From Isurus oxyrinchus (lineage: Eukaryota), in assembly GCA_026770705.1 (NCBI GenBank), contig JANJGN010000036.1:2666001-2730000 (forward strand): a DNA stretch of 64,000 bases. The letters run 5' to 3'. The stretch's first letter is position 1, and the number at the start of each line of letters is the position of its first letter. Shown piece by piece: positions 1-12,091 of the stretch. The notes beneath the pieces are model-generated. The model did not search any database. It was not told the DNA's origin and worked only from the letters and a program-made list of their open reading frames with translations. A program made the position numbers and the translations under genes.

Positions 1-258
1 ATAGGGAGCAATGAAAGCAGAGATAAAAAATACATTTTAAAAGACATGCATATTTGTGGCAGAAAAAAATGCAAAGTTATGGGAAAGGAGATGAGTTCAC
101 TGGGACGAATTGGGTTACTTTTTCAAAGAGCTGGTATAGACACCATGGGCCGAATGGCTTCCTTCTGTGCTGAATCATTCTATGATTCGAAAAAGTTCTA
201 TTACAGCGTTAACCTGACTTCACCTCTAACTATTTTTGAATGTGAATACATATCCGAG

Positions 259-318
259 ACTCAGGGCGGACCTCTCTACGCCTTCCTTGAGTTTGCTGCA
301 TTGCAAAATAAATCATAA
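259..318 (+). other. Terminal cytoplasmic exon of a family-B VJ-C1 receptor gene (B0); rest of gene lies left of the window
   Basis: ccgag|ACTCAGGGCGGACCTCTCTACGCC... encodes TQGGPLYAFLEFAALQNKS*, homologous to the B1/B3 terminal exons. A 1-nt loss after the last Ser codon gives an earlier stop than paralogs. Confidence 0.75.
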
Positions 319-2485
319 AGAAGACGGGTCGCAGATAAGAATCTGGGCATTTTCTTTCTGACGAAATTTGGAGGAGGCAGGATTTGCCCAATAACCCACA
401 GCCTCGTGGATACAAAACGGAGCCATGGAGACCCCCATGAATCAACTAAGCTGCTCGTGCCAGAAGTTACAAAAAACAGTCTCCTTTTGTAAAATGTGAA
501 ATAAGTTGTTTTCAGGATTTTGCGGGTATTCCACTGCCTTCGTGTAATTCAAATATGAAAAAAAAACACTGAACAAATCTTAGGGACATTCTTCAGTTCC
601 TCTGGACCTTTTCTGCTGATCCTGAAATTCCAGTCACAGACAGGATTTTTAATTCTTTGCAAACGTCTGTATGTAAAGTATGTATGTAATAAATTATTCT
701 TCCATTATAACGATTCATCAGAGATGTGTATCGATTAACAATTAGCTTATAATTAAATGCCAATGGATGAAACTGCAAATCATGTTGAGCTGACAAAATC
801 AGCACTGGATTGAAATGGTTTGGTGGTGGTGTTCCCTGCCTGAATTTCATTTACATAATTAGAACACAGCAGGAAAAGGACACGGGCCCTCATGCTGGAA
901 CCTTGTGATGACCCCATTTTAATTTTACAGAGTGTGTTCTGCTTTGAGCTTAGTTTTAAATACATATGTCAGAGTCTTTGGTTCAGTGCAGTGTGTTTTG
1001 GAAAAAGAGGTGACTTTGCAGATATGTTTCCCCAAGCCGATCACCACTGGGCCATTCACTGCTCATGCCTGCAATGTTGTAGACAAATTAATAGGGATTT
1101 ACTACCATAGCAACCCAATGATCATCGTACCACTGAACCGCCAGCCTGGCAGGGTGCAATCTGGATTGATGGGTTTTTTTCTGTTTGTCTGTTTTTATTT
1201 CCCTATTTTCCTGATCTCTGGTTTGCAAAATTTTGCAACAATGTTTTCAATCAGAGAGATAGAGGATTGCACAGAACCCGGGCACACGTCATTGACGATC
1301 AAGGTCATATCAGTCTATATCTTGTTATTCTGTTTATTCAGGAACCAAAAGGTAAAGACGGACGAGATAAATAAGCAACATAAACAGCTCCTGCTAAAGT
1401 CACTTTCAAGATCCATCTCGCAGAAACTGTGCAATAAACCTGTTGATTATTTAATTGAGCTCCTGACTGTGGTGACCTGGTTAATGTGAATTTAGCTTGT
1501 ATTGTAGTGTTATTACAGCAGATATAATTTTACCAGGACTCGGGTTAAGAAGGTTAAACAAGAAGAATAGGTTGCTCAGACTAGGCTTGCACTCCCTCCG
1601 TGATGATGTTTCTGGTCCACACGAGCCACCTCCCACCCTCTCTGCATCCCACCCCATGAACAAATCATTACATCTATTTTTTCTCTCATATAATTATTCA
1701 AATTCCCCTGAAAAGCACGGCTGATAGTCACCTCAACTTCTCCCCCGGGATCGATTTCCGCATTATACCCACTCTCTGTGTAAAGAAGATTATCTTGAAT
1801 TCCCCACTGGATTTATTAGCGAATATCTTAAACTGATTGCCTGTCGTTCGTGTTACCCCTTCAAGTATCCAATAATTTCATAATTTTGAAGGCCTCTATC
1901 AGGTCAGCCCAGCAGTCTACTCTTTTCTAGACAAAAGAGTGCCAGCCTGTTCAGTCCTACCTGAAATCATAAACTCTTATTTCTGTTATCATTCCAGGAA
2001 AATTGTTCCCAAATGCAAAGCGCGCACATCTGCTCTATAAAGATATCCTGAATTGCACATTCAATCAGCACATTTGGACTGAGCGACCAAACAACTTCAA
2101 ATGACAAACGCAATGCTTGGATTTCAAAACCTGCTTTAATGGATTGGTAAATTGGACACTGATGCGCTCTTTCCTGCTCAAGCTGAAAGAAAGATCCGCA
2201 ATTATTCTTTTAAAAAAGCACTAAGACAAGAAAGTAACACGTGTAGAAACTGAGCAGAAAGTTAAAATGTCCGAATGTCAACATTCTCCTGAAATGGAGC
2301 AGGTTCTATTAGGCATGCAGTCTCTCCAGTAGGCGATAAATTGCCATATTATTACTGATAAATCTGCGTTCAGAATTTGGGATGACACATCCAGGCTTTC
2401 CACCAATGAGGACGAAAAAAGAGGAATCTTTCCACTGCACGTCATATCCCGGAAACAGCATATGAGCTGTCAATTTCCATTGCAA

Positions 2486-5400
2486 TCAGAGTATAGGGTC
2501 CGCATTAAACGCCAGCCGAGCATAGAGTCTGCAACAGAAAGCACAAACCGTGATCGTGAGAAACAGCATCATCCAGGGGGCGGAAAGAGGACATACAACC
2601 CTTCGAGCCTTTCCCGCTAGACAGTTACATCATTTTGGATCCGCATCTCAACCCTGTTTACCCTCCTTGCTACCATAACACTTAATCCAACAAAAAACTA
2701 TCTCCAACGAAAAACTATCACGCTGAGTTTCAGCATTTTCAGCTGACCCCCCATTTAATTTTGTTTCCATGTATTGACACAGTGCTATTGAAAAGTCTGT
2801 TATCTTAAAACATACACACATATGACAGTAACCAGATATCTTCAAACTTGAACTTAAAATCCGCCACCCCTATGTACACACGCGAACAACAATTTCTATT
2901 CATAATTACCGCCTTTTCTTCCGTACGTGCTCTGGAATATGTCAGTTCCTTACCAATGTTCATGTTGCCTGTTAGAAAGAGGATTTTAAAATGAGTGTAA
3001 CTGTCCACATTTCACACTGAACCGTGTGAAAGTGTACACACCCTGCGACAATTAGACAGAGTAAGAGCGCTCCTAAGTTACAACATCTCCCTACAATCTC
3101 TACCTGTCTGCTGTTCTTGCAGATCCTGCTCCCGGCGAGCAGGATTAACGCCAGAAGGAGTGGCGCCGCCAATAAACTCCCAGAATGCGAGAAATTGCAG
3201 GGGGCAGGTAGCGATGAATCTGGAGAGCAAATAAAAAGCTGTGTATTTGAGAATAAAAACACGTAACTGAAGCCTTTTGACTCTGACAGAACGTTCAAGT
3301 AGACTCTAGCACCCGGGAGCTAGAGATGGCCAAATAATGTCAGTCTTGTCAATATCATTAACATCTCCAGGTCATTAATAAAAAAATAAACTCAAGCAGA
3401 TTAGAAAAGTGAAGCGAATTTACAAAGCTAAAATCAGATAGATGGATATGGAGAGAGAGATAGAGAAATTGGGAGATAAATAGAGTTGGAGGGAGTATTA
3501 TTAGAGATAGATGGATGGATCGATTGAAGGAGAGTTGGAGAAATAGAAAGATAGATGGGCAGTTAGACAGAGAGGCAGGTACGTGGATAGACAGATACAC
3601 ATATAGATACACATATAAATACACACAGACACACACAAATACATGCATGCATACATATATTTAAGCACAAGAATATGATAGAACTACACAAGAATGACCA
3701 GAGTGGTGTGGGGTACAGGATGAAGCAAGGGAGCCTCCAAGTTTCTGCTGACTCTTCAAATTCCACCTTGTAATTCAACACTTCCAAACCCCGTCAGTCT
3801 GACAAATACTCATCCACCCCCTGCATGCATCTAACTTTCTATCCATCTTCCCACATCTCCCACCAACTGCGCGTTTTATTATTTCCCAACAATCATCTTG
3901 TGAGGCACATGAAGGCCTTGTGGAACTCCATTCACGTAATAGCCAACGAATTCTCTTGAATATCTATTCAGACATTTCTTCGGAATAAAAGCTCTATTCA
4001 ACTCTTTAAACATAACCACAATTCCACAAACCGGTGCGTGCTGACTTTAACTACCCCATCTACTGAGAATGTATATACCCACAGAATGGGGAGAATGTGG
4101 AGCTCCGTTACCAAAGCAGTGGTTAAGGTGAATAGCAGAGATGCATTTAGGACAAAGCTGGATAAACATATGAGGGCGAAAGGAATAGAAGGATATGTTG
4201 ATTGTGTGATTTGAAGTGGGAATGGAGAGTGCTTGTGCGGATCATGAACAGCAGCACGGAGCAGAGGAGCCAGAAGGGTTTGTCTCTGTCCTGGAAGCTC
4301 TGCAGAATATGGATAATAACAGAGAGGAATCGGCGGAGGAAGTAGGAAATGGTAATTTGGGGTGTTATTTGATCATTGACATTCTAAAATGTCCTTTTCC
4401 CGCCACACGCACCAATCCCAATGAGGCAGATAGATGAATATTTCATAAACGTTTACACTGGAGAAATGAGATGTATGAGAGAAGGGACATGGCCACATCG
4501 GAAGGAGGAATATTTAATGTACAAACAGATATTGCCAAAAAATAAGCAGCATATAAACTAAAGCAGGAAGCTATTAATAGCTAACTCTCTCAGCTGAGGC
4601 ACTTTCACTGAGAAGAGTTTCACTGGATTTGATTTCAACGGTGCAAGTAAAGCAAGCGCCGCTGCTCCAAGTTCCCACACTCAAAATTATGTGGCTCCTG
4701 ACGGCACAAGTTCCATCCGTCTCGAGGGTCACAGAATCGCTCTATACCTCGGTATCACGCCTGGAAACATTCCAGCAGACAGCAAATTAATTGGTATCCA
4801 CACCCTTCACCAAACACACCAAAGGGACCCTTTCCATTGAGGCAATTTCAGCTGGCGGTGGAGTTAAGAGGTAGATTATTCGAGGTCCTGGTGGGAAGGA
4901 GAGATAGGATTCAGTCGCTATTGGGTATAAACTGCTGATTAGTTATGGTGCAAAGTGTAAATTAATAGTAATTTTTACCTGTAATGATCAACTTGGAGCC
5001 GTTTCCAAACATCAAGGGCATTCCGCTGAGCTCCTTGGCTGAACAGTGATACACACCAGAATCATTGTATGTTCGTAATGACCAGAGAATAGAGAATGGA
5101 TTTCTGGTCAACCTCTCCTGAAAATCTCCCGATAGATGTATTTTGTCACGGTGTAAGCAAGTTGTAGATTCTCCCGTTGCTGATATTGTTACCCCTGGAT
5201 CGTTCCCCCTGCCAAACAGCCTGTGTGACAAACCACCTTGTAGGTACTTCCAAGCGAGAGACTCTGGGCCATGGAGTCTGGGAAAAAAAACTGCCTAAGA
5301 CACAATAAATGAGAGGGAAAAAATCAACAAACGAGGTTCTGCTTTAGCAGCGAAAGAGAATATGTTTCCTCTGCAGAATTGGCTACAGCAGTAAACTATG

Positions 5401-6073
5401 AAACAGACCAGCCCTTCATTCTTCATAAATCCGGTGGACTCAAGGGCTGAAAGTTGTACTTGAAATCAGTGCAGGGACCAGGGTGAATGAGAAACGGGTT
5501 TGAAGCCGATGAAGGTTTTTTTCAAGTTCAGCTGCAGTTGTAAAACAGGGAATTCGGCGAATTTGCGCACAGCAAGATTCCACAAAGCGCAATGTGATAT
5601 TCACCCAGATTGTATTTTATGACGTTGTTTGTAGGGATAAACTTAGGCCCCGGGGAGGCCGAGGAAACAATCATCCACCAGATCATCCACTGCCCCCTAA
5701 CACCTGCCACCCCCCCAGGACCCCGCATTCCTCCTTTCCCATGCCGCGTCCCCCCTCCCTCCCAACCCCCTCGCGTCGCCCTGGCTCTTTTTCTCCCTGG
5801 GGAAATGGGGCGGGTTTCACGCCAAAGAGGTGGACAGGTGATCTCGATTCACCAGGTCATCCGATAAATTGGAGAATGTTGACATGTGATCCAGTATGAT
5901 CAGGTGGGATAATGTATTTCTTCAACATGAAGTTAATATGATAGGATGTAGCTGTGGGAGTAATTCTGCACCTGACGGACTAGCTCAGTGGCCAATGAGA
6001 CAATTCTGAATGAGGAGAGAAGACACAAACCTGGAAACAGATGCAGCAACATGCAGGACATTAAGAATCTCAT
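2486..6073 (-). pseudogene. Family-A VJ-C1-TM receptor pseudogene (A0)
   Basis: Leader 6031-6073 (MRFLMSCMLLHLFP, phase 1). VJ remnant 4979-5308 (acceptor mutated, TAG, frameshifts; ends DSGVYHC...MFGNGSKLIIT). C1 4585-4887 (two in-frame stops, donor GT>TT). TM 3104-3219 (116 nt, frameshift). Cyt exon 2910-2968. Terminal exon 2486-2528 (LYARLAFNADPIL*). All homologous to A2. Confidence 0.88.
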
Positions 6074-6247
6074 GTTCGGTGCTCCCGGACAGGTCGCTGT
6101 GGTATTTACACCATCTCTTCTCTCCGGTGTCTCTGTGCTAGGGCTCGGGGCCCGAAGACATGGTGAAAATCCACAGTTTGCAGAGATTAGGTGCACTGAT
6201 TAAAAATAGCATACTGGAAAAATCAGCCCCTGTAACTGTTGGCTGAG

Positions 6248-6262
6248 GGTTTCCTGTTTACA
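6248..6262 (-). promoter_or_regulatory. FOX:ETS-like composite motif upstream of the A0 leader
   Basis: TGTAAACAGGAAACC about 180 bp 5' of the ATG; same motif at the same distance in A2 and A3. Confidence 0.5.
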
Positions 6263-7842
6263 GGTTCGGTGCCCACGCACAGAACTGCCTGCAAAGGGCA
6301 ACACGTTACAGCTCGTGCGAAAAGCCTGTGAAAGCGGGGCACGGCCCCGAGTGGCTCAAACTATAGGCAAAAGGCAATGGTGCTGAATTCAACAACATAC
6401 ATGCTTGTGACATTCACGTGGGCGCAGGGTTAACATCCCTAATTCCGAGCGTTTTGATTAATTCCTCCACAACACACTAATTTATTCTGGTGTCAACAAA
6501 GAATACATGCCAAATTGAAGAAACCTGGAATCAGATGTTAATATTTTTGTTACTGTTTCACCCAATACCTCTCTGCCCGCCTCTCACTTTGTGTCAGAAT
6601 TACTCCCTCACTCGCACTCCAGCCCCTTGAACCAATTACCCGGGATGTCGAACATAGCCATTCTCTGAGAGGGGCCCAGAACGGCCAGGAGCAGGTATAG
6701 AAAGCTACTACGAGGTGAAAAGTAAATCGAGGTCTGTTTCGATTTAAGTGCTAAAGTGTCCCAGCACAAGCTGGAAATATTCCAGTCCTTGGCCATGCAG
6801 CAGCCATACAGTCACAAAACATTTAGATATAGTTAACATTGATTGTTCGAGAAACTTGGACAGAGTGGAGCAAGACTATGAAGCATGTGGAACGGGATAT
6901 ACAAAACAGAAGGGAATGTACCAAACCAAGCTCTACTGTAGAGAAAGTGTGGTGGTGCACGCCGCATTGCTCAGTTGGATAGACAGGGGTTATAAAATGA
7001 AGGCGGCTGGACAGAGTTAAGGTATCGATCAACAGCTTGATTTAATGGCAGAGCAAACTCAATTGAGGGGCTGAATGGCCTCCTCCTGCTGCATTGTTCC
7101 AGTAGAATTAGGAGGTCAAACTATTAAAAGACAAATTGAGGACTGATATCAGAAGGTCTAGGACAACCAGACTGATTAACATTGAGAATTGTTCTCTGGG
7201 TAGGGCGAATGGTGTGGCGAGTTGGGGGTGGGGTATTGCTGGATGGTGAAACCCACTGAAATTATTTAGCAAACAGGTGTTGTTCCGATGTTTGAGGGAT
7301 GCATAACGTTTCTGGATGGATGAACAGTGTATAGTGAATGATCTTTTCCAACTGCATCTTGTATAAGGCTCTCCAGGTTATCTTTACAATATCTGTGCAA
7401 AATCTAATTTCACAGCAGAATAAGACGATGATAATTTGAGAATATTTCTATCCACTAGAACGAGACTGACAAGAGATTTTGCTGAGTGGATTGGAGTTAT
7501 CAGTCACCCTGACAACAACTGCCTCCAGCTTTTTAATGTTTTAGAAATTAAATCTCAGTGAAACATCGTCTCAATTTTTGGTCATGCATTTGACTAATCT
7601 TCTGATGTGGGGAGTAAATTGTGTTAACGTTTCCAAATTATTGACATCACCAACAATCCACATTCAGGCACAGCTATGTGTTGTGCAATAAGACCTAAAG
7701 ACACTAACACTTACTCGAGTGGTATGGCACAAGAGGGCCCATTCTCAGGGTCAGGAGGTGATAGCTGGGATGTTGGACTAAAGTGCACATTGAAAGAGCC
7801 AGCACAGTGATAACTTTCAGCAATCACCCTCTGCCTGTACTG

Positions 7843-8230
7843 NNNNNNNNNNNNNNNNNNNNNNNNNNNNNNNNNNNNNNNNNNNNNNNNNNNNNNNNNN
7901 NNNNNNNNNNNNNNNNNNNNNNNNNNNNNNNNNNNNNNNNNNNNNNNNNNNNNNNNNNNNNNNNNNNNNNNNNNNNNNNNNNNNNNNNNNNNNNNNNNNN
8001 NNNNNNNNNNNNNNNNNNNNNNNNNNNNNNNNNNNNNNNNNNNNNNNNNNNNNNNNNNNNNNNNNNNNNNNNNNNNNNNNNNNNNNNNNNNNNNNNNNNN
8101 NNNNNNNNNNNNNNNNNNNNNNNNNNNNNNNNNNNNNNNNNNNNNNNNNNNNNNNNNNNNNNNNNNNNNNNNNNNNNNNNNNNNNNNNNNNNNNNNNNNN
8201 NNNNNNNNNNNNNNNNNNNNNNNNNNNNNN
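7843..8230. other. Assembly gap (N run)
   Basis: 388 N. Confidence 1.
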
Positions 8231-8539
8231 ATAAAAAGCGAGACACATTAACTATACACACACAGAGACACGCTCAGCATAGGGCACCTCTGTCACCTCT
8301 ACAGCTCCATTATCCTGCATGTGACAGTTGTTCACTCTTACAGTAACACAACAATGATGCCTCCGACATCATTCAAGTTTTTGCATAAAGATGAGCATTT
8401 ACGCAGTGACCCAGAGCTAGCTCTGAAATGACATAAATGAAATAAAGCATTCAGTGAAATATCCGTTTGCGCTCCGGTATAAAATGGTTAAATGACAGCT
8501 CAACTGTTCTGGAATGAGGACCGTATGTTTGAACTTAAA

Positions 8540-8880
8540 GATGGGGCAATGGCGGCTCCTGTTACCACAATACCCAGCGGCTGGGAAAGGCCTCAATCAG
8601 TGAAACAAGCCGCACTGCACTCTGGGAGAACCTGCTGCGCATGCTCAGCTCAAACACCGCCCAGAACGGTCCTTTTTATTTTATTCATGCGCAAAAAACC
8701 GGGCAGAATTTTGGTTCCCCCTCGAGTCTAACGAGTCTCTTCTGTTTCGTTTGACGACTTGATGAATTAAAAAATAAACAGAAAAGACGTCACGCTCAGA
8801 TGACGGCCGCTTGCCCCGCTCGCGGGCCGGGGCCCAAGAGTGCCAAGAGCAGCGCCTGGGTTCCGGGAGGGGTCAAGAGG
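8540..8880. promoter_or_regulatory. CpG-rich, housekeeping-promoter-like segment
   Basis: YY1-like AATGGCGGC 8548-8556; ZNF143-like ACCACAATACCCAGC 8564-8578 and GCACTCTGGGA 8617-8627; NRF1-like TGCGCATGCTC 8636-8646; CRE-like GACGTCAC 8786-8793; locally high CpG. Confidence 0.35.
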
Positions 8881-8982
8881 TGAATCCTGGATGATCAGGC
8901 AGGCGAGGAGGGTAGGATTCTTTTTTGATCTATTTTCCAATGCAGCCATGTCCAAACAGGCGTAGAGAGGTCCGACTTGAGA
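8767..8982 (-). other. Duplicated family-B terminal exon fused to unrelated GC-rich sequence
   Basis: cccag|TCTCAAGTCGGACCTCTCTACGCC... encodes SQVGPLYACLDMAALENRSKK and then reads through non-homologous sequence to TAA at 8767. The upstream intron flank (8983-9060) matches 12092-12170. Confidence 0.7.
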
Positions 8983-10179
8983 CTGGGCAACACATTTAAC
9001 ATTGATCTTCAAAAATACTTTGAGAATACGCGTCAGATTATCTCGGCCTGCAATCGCATTCCATCCTTCTTTCGAAATTGTTCCCCTTCAGATCTGGCCA
9101 CACATGATTGCGAATTATACACATTTCAGCCTATCCCTTTCTCTATAACATCAATCACTGGGACATAAATGTGCACATTTCACTCAGATTAAAGTGAGTT
9201 AGCTGGTTGGTGCACATGGGCACTTTTGGTTGAAATAGAAACACAAACGTGAATTTCCACAGTGCCTTCAATGAGCTCAGGGGATCACAAAGTTCTTTCC
9301 ATTCAGTTGAATAATTTCTGACGTGTCGTCTCAGTTGTTGTGTCGGAACTGCAGCAGCCAGTTAGGGCACAGCAAGCTCCCACAATGTGATAATGAGTAA
9401 ATGTAGATTGAGAAGAAAATATTGCCCCGAGGACCGGGGAGGGGTGAGTTGGGGGGATTGGGAACTGCACGCATCACCTCCCATAATTCCTGCTCCTTTT
9501 ATTCTTCCAATGTTGCATGTGGAATATTTTGGGATAGTTTATTTCTGCCTGAGATGTCTGGCAGGGCCTCAATTTAACACATCATCCAAAACACAGCTTC
9601 TCTTTTACTGCTGCACTTCCTCAGTACGGAAACATGGAGCAACATTCTAGCTCAAGTCTCTGGACCAGGAGATTAATCCACAACATGCTGATTCTGAAGC
9701 TACGCATTGAGCTGTAAATTACATCCTGTCCGGAATCTGTTGGTCTGGACTCATCAGTTGAAATGTGTGATTACCCCTAATGATTTGATGCTTTAGAAAA
9801 AACAATTTCAGAGGTGATGTTGTGTTTGAGTAGCAGGTAATTCTTGGCCATAACTGACCAGTTTGCTGCTCTATATTGAAGGCAAGAAAGAATAAAAATT
9901 GGGAGGATCTCTAAGAGCCGACCACACTATTTCTACCACGCCACAGGCAGGCCAAAAGCAGCATTGAGTTGGGTATCATGAGCTAAAATAAGATACAGAC
10001 TGAGATCTGGCTGTTGGACCATGCGTATCAACGTTGCCATGGGTTAAACTGGACCGATAAATGGTTGATGGCTTGCAGCAGCTTTTAAATGCACGGACCT
10101 TATTGTTCATCTCAGCCTGGACCCCCCGCACCTCCCCCCCCCCCCCCCACCCCCGCACCCCACCATCCCCGATCTTCAT

Positions 10180-10800
10180 GGAAAGGAACATAACGAACAG
10201 AAGCCTGATTTGCCCTTCACGCCTGCTCCACAACTGAATAATGGCTGGCCTTCTGCCTCAACTGCACTTTCTCTTAATTCCATTTGTTCCAAAACTCTAC
10301 TGCTCGCTGCATTGAACGCACTCGGAGACTGGGCATCCACAGCTCTCTAGCTGGAGAATTCCAAAGTTTCACAAACGTCTTAGTGAATAAATTTCTCCTC
10401 AACTCAGTCCTGAATAGGTAACACCTTATCCTGAGATTTGATACCGAATAATGGATGCTCCAGGCATGCCGGGGGCTGGGTAGGGTCGAGATTTGGAAAA
10501 CCTCTCAGCATTAACCCTGTCAATCCCTTGGAGAATTTTACATGTTTCAATGAGAGCACCTCTAATTCTTCTAAGCTCCAAAATCTATAGACCGATCCTA
10601 CTCAATCTCTCCTCATTGAGCTACTGCCCCCATGCCCTGCATTCCCTGCTCCACTAGAGGAAATACTTTCTCTCTATCGAATCTACTGAATCAATTAACC
10701 ATATTAAACTCCTCAGTCAGGTCACACTTTAACCTCTCACCTTCGAGGAATGCAAGCCTAGCCCGTGTAACCTGTCTCAGTAATTATAACCTTATATTTC
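10180..10800 (-). mobile_element. CR1-type LINE 3' fragments (degenerate)
   Basis: Reverse-complement matches to the LINE 3' end seen elsewhere in the window. Boundaries approximate. Confidence 0.55.
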
Positions 10801-12010
10801 CTTTATCTCCCTGCTGAACTTAGATTTGGTTTATATAACCCAACAGTACAAGCTATATTCACATCCACGAGAATGCTACTGCTAAAAGTTTATTTTTACC
10901 CGCAAGGGATTTATTGGATATTTTCGGGGAGATGGATCTTGAAAGAGTCTTAAAAGGGAGCTCTTTGTTACTCTGGAACCTGACCCGTTTGTATCTGCTG
11001 GTTCTGGGTTAACGAGAATCGGAACATCTAGACTGATGTGACTTTGATCGGTAAAGCAATGAAGCAGGTGTGGTGTCCTCCTCCTTCCTTCCCTCTCTCT
11101 CTTTCTCTCCCTAACTGACTATCGTGTTGCTAATATTTGTAAATCTAGGATTAGGAAAACAGTAATGTCTAGGCTGAAAAATAAATTCGATCTAGATTGC
11201 ATTCTATCATGTTGGCAGTTACATTATACAATGATAATTGAGTTTCCATGGCAATACACTTCTATCAATTTGCCTACAATATCCCAGACGTGAGAAGAGA
11301 CAATTGCTCCTCGGTCAACTGTTTTTTTCCCAAAACAAACTGCACCCACTCTAAGATTCTGACTTGTAGGTTTAAACTTAAACACAAACAAAACCGACTG
11401 TGTAAAAGTGAAACTGAACCCTCGTAAGTTTGCTACATCGCCTTCCAGTTACTCTACTGTTGTGTTCTAATCCTGTAAATCATTAACACAGCTCCTCTCA
11501 GACAGAGAAACCCACAACTACCAGCAACTCAACCCAGGACTGTTATTGCCTTCTCAAAATAAATTGCAGTTACAGCCAGGTGACATTAAGTTATAAGCTA
11601 CATATTGATCAAAACAAACTTCTACTGTGTCGTTAAAATCGAAGAATAATTTATTTTATTTATATACAGACATTTGCAGGGAAAGCACAATCCTGTCAGT
11701 AACTGGAGTTACATGGTCCGCATAAAAGATTGAGAAAAACTCAAGGGAGTCCCGAACCTTCGCTCAATATTACTTTCACACTTGAATTACACTAACACAG
11801 TGGAATATCCTTCGCAATATACAAGGCAGCCTATTTCATATTTTTTTTAAAAAAAATGAGCCAGTCTTTGTAAGCCCTGACGATTGCATGGGGAAAGCTT
11901 AAATTTTTGATGCTGTTCTACATGGCTCAATGTTTATTTCCACAATGCTGTGGGTTCTTTGGCAAATCGTCTCTCCTCCACCATTCATCGGAGAGAAAAC
12001 ACCCGGATTC

Positions 12011-12091
12011 TCATCTGCGACCCGGCTTCTTTTTTGATCTCTTTTCCAATGCAGCCATGTCCAAAGAGGCGTAGAGAGGTCCGCCCTTAGA
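12011..12091 (-). CDS. B1 terminal exon with ITIM-like Tyr motif
   Basis: SKGGPLYASLDMAALEKRSKKKPGRR*, phase 0. Confidence 0.82.
   Translation of the reverse strand, partial: SKGGPLYASLDMAALEKRSKKKPGRR

Noticed and set aside
932-1489. 185-aa ORF (and faint IPT-like words on the opposite strand)
   Set aside because: No recognisable domain, splice structure or paralog support.
7783-8346. ORFs spanning N runs (also at 41.5 and 46.8 kb)
   Set aside because: Artefacts of assembly gaps.
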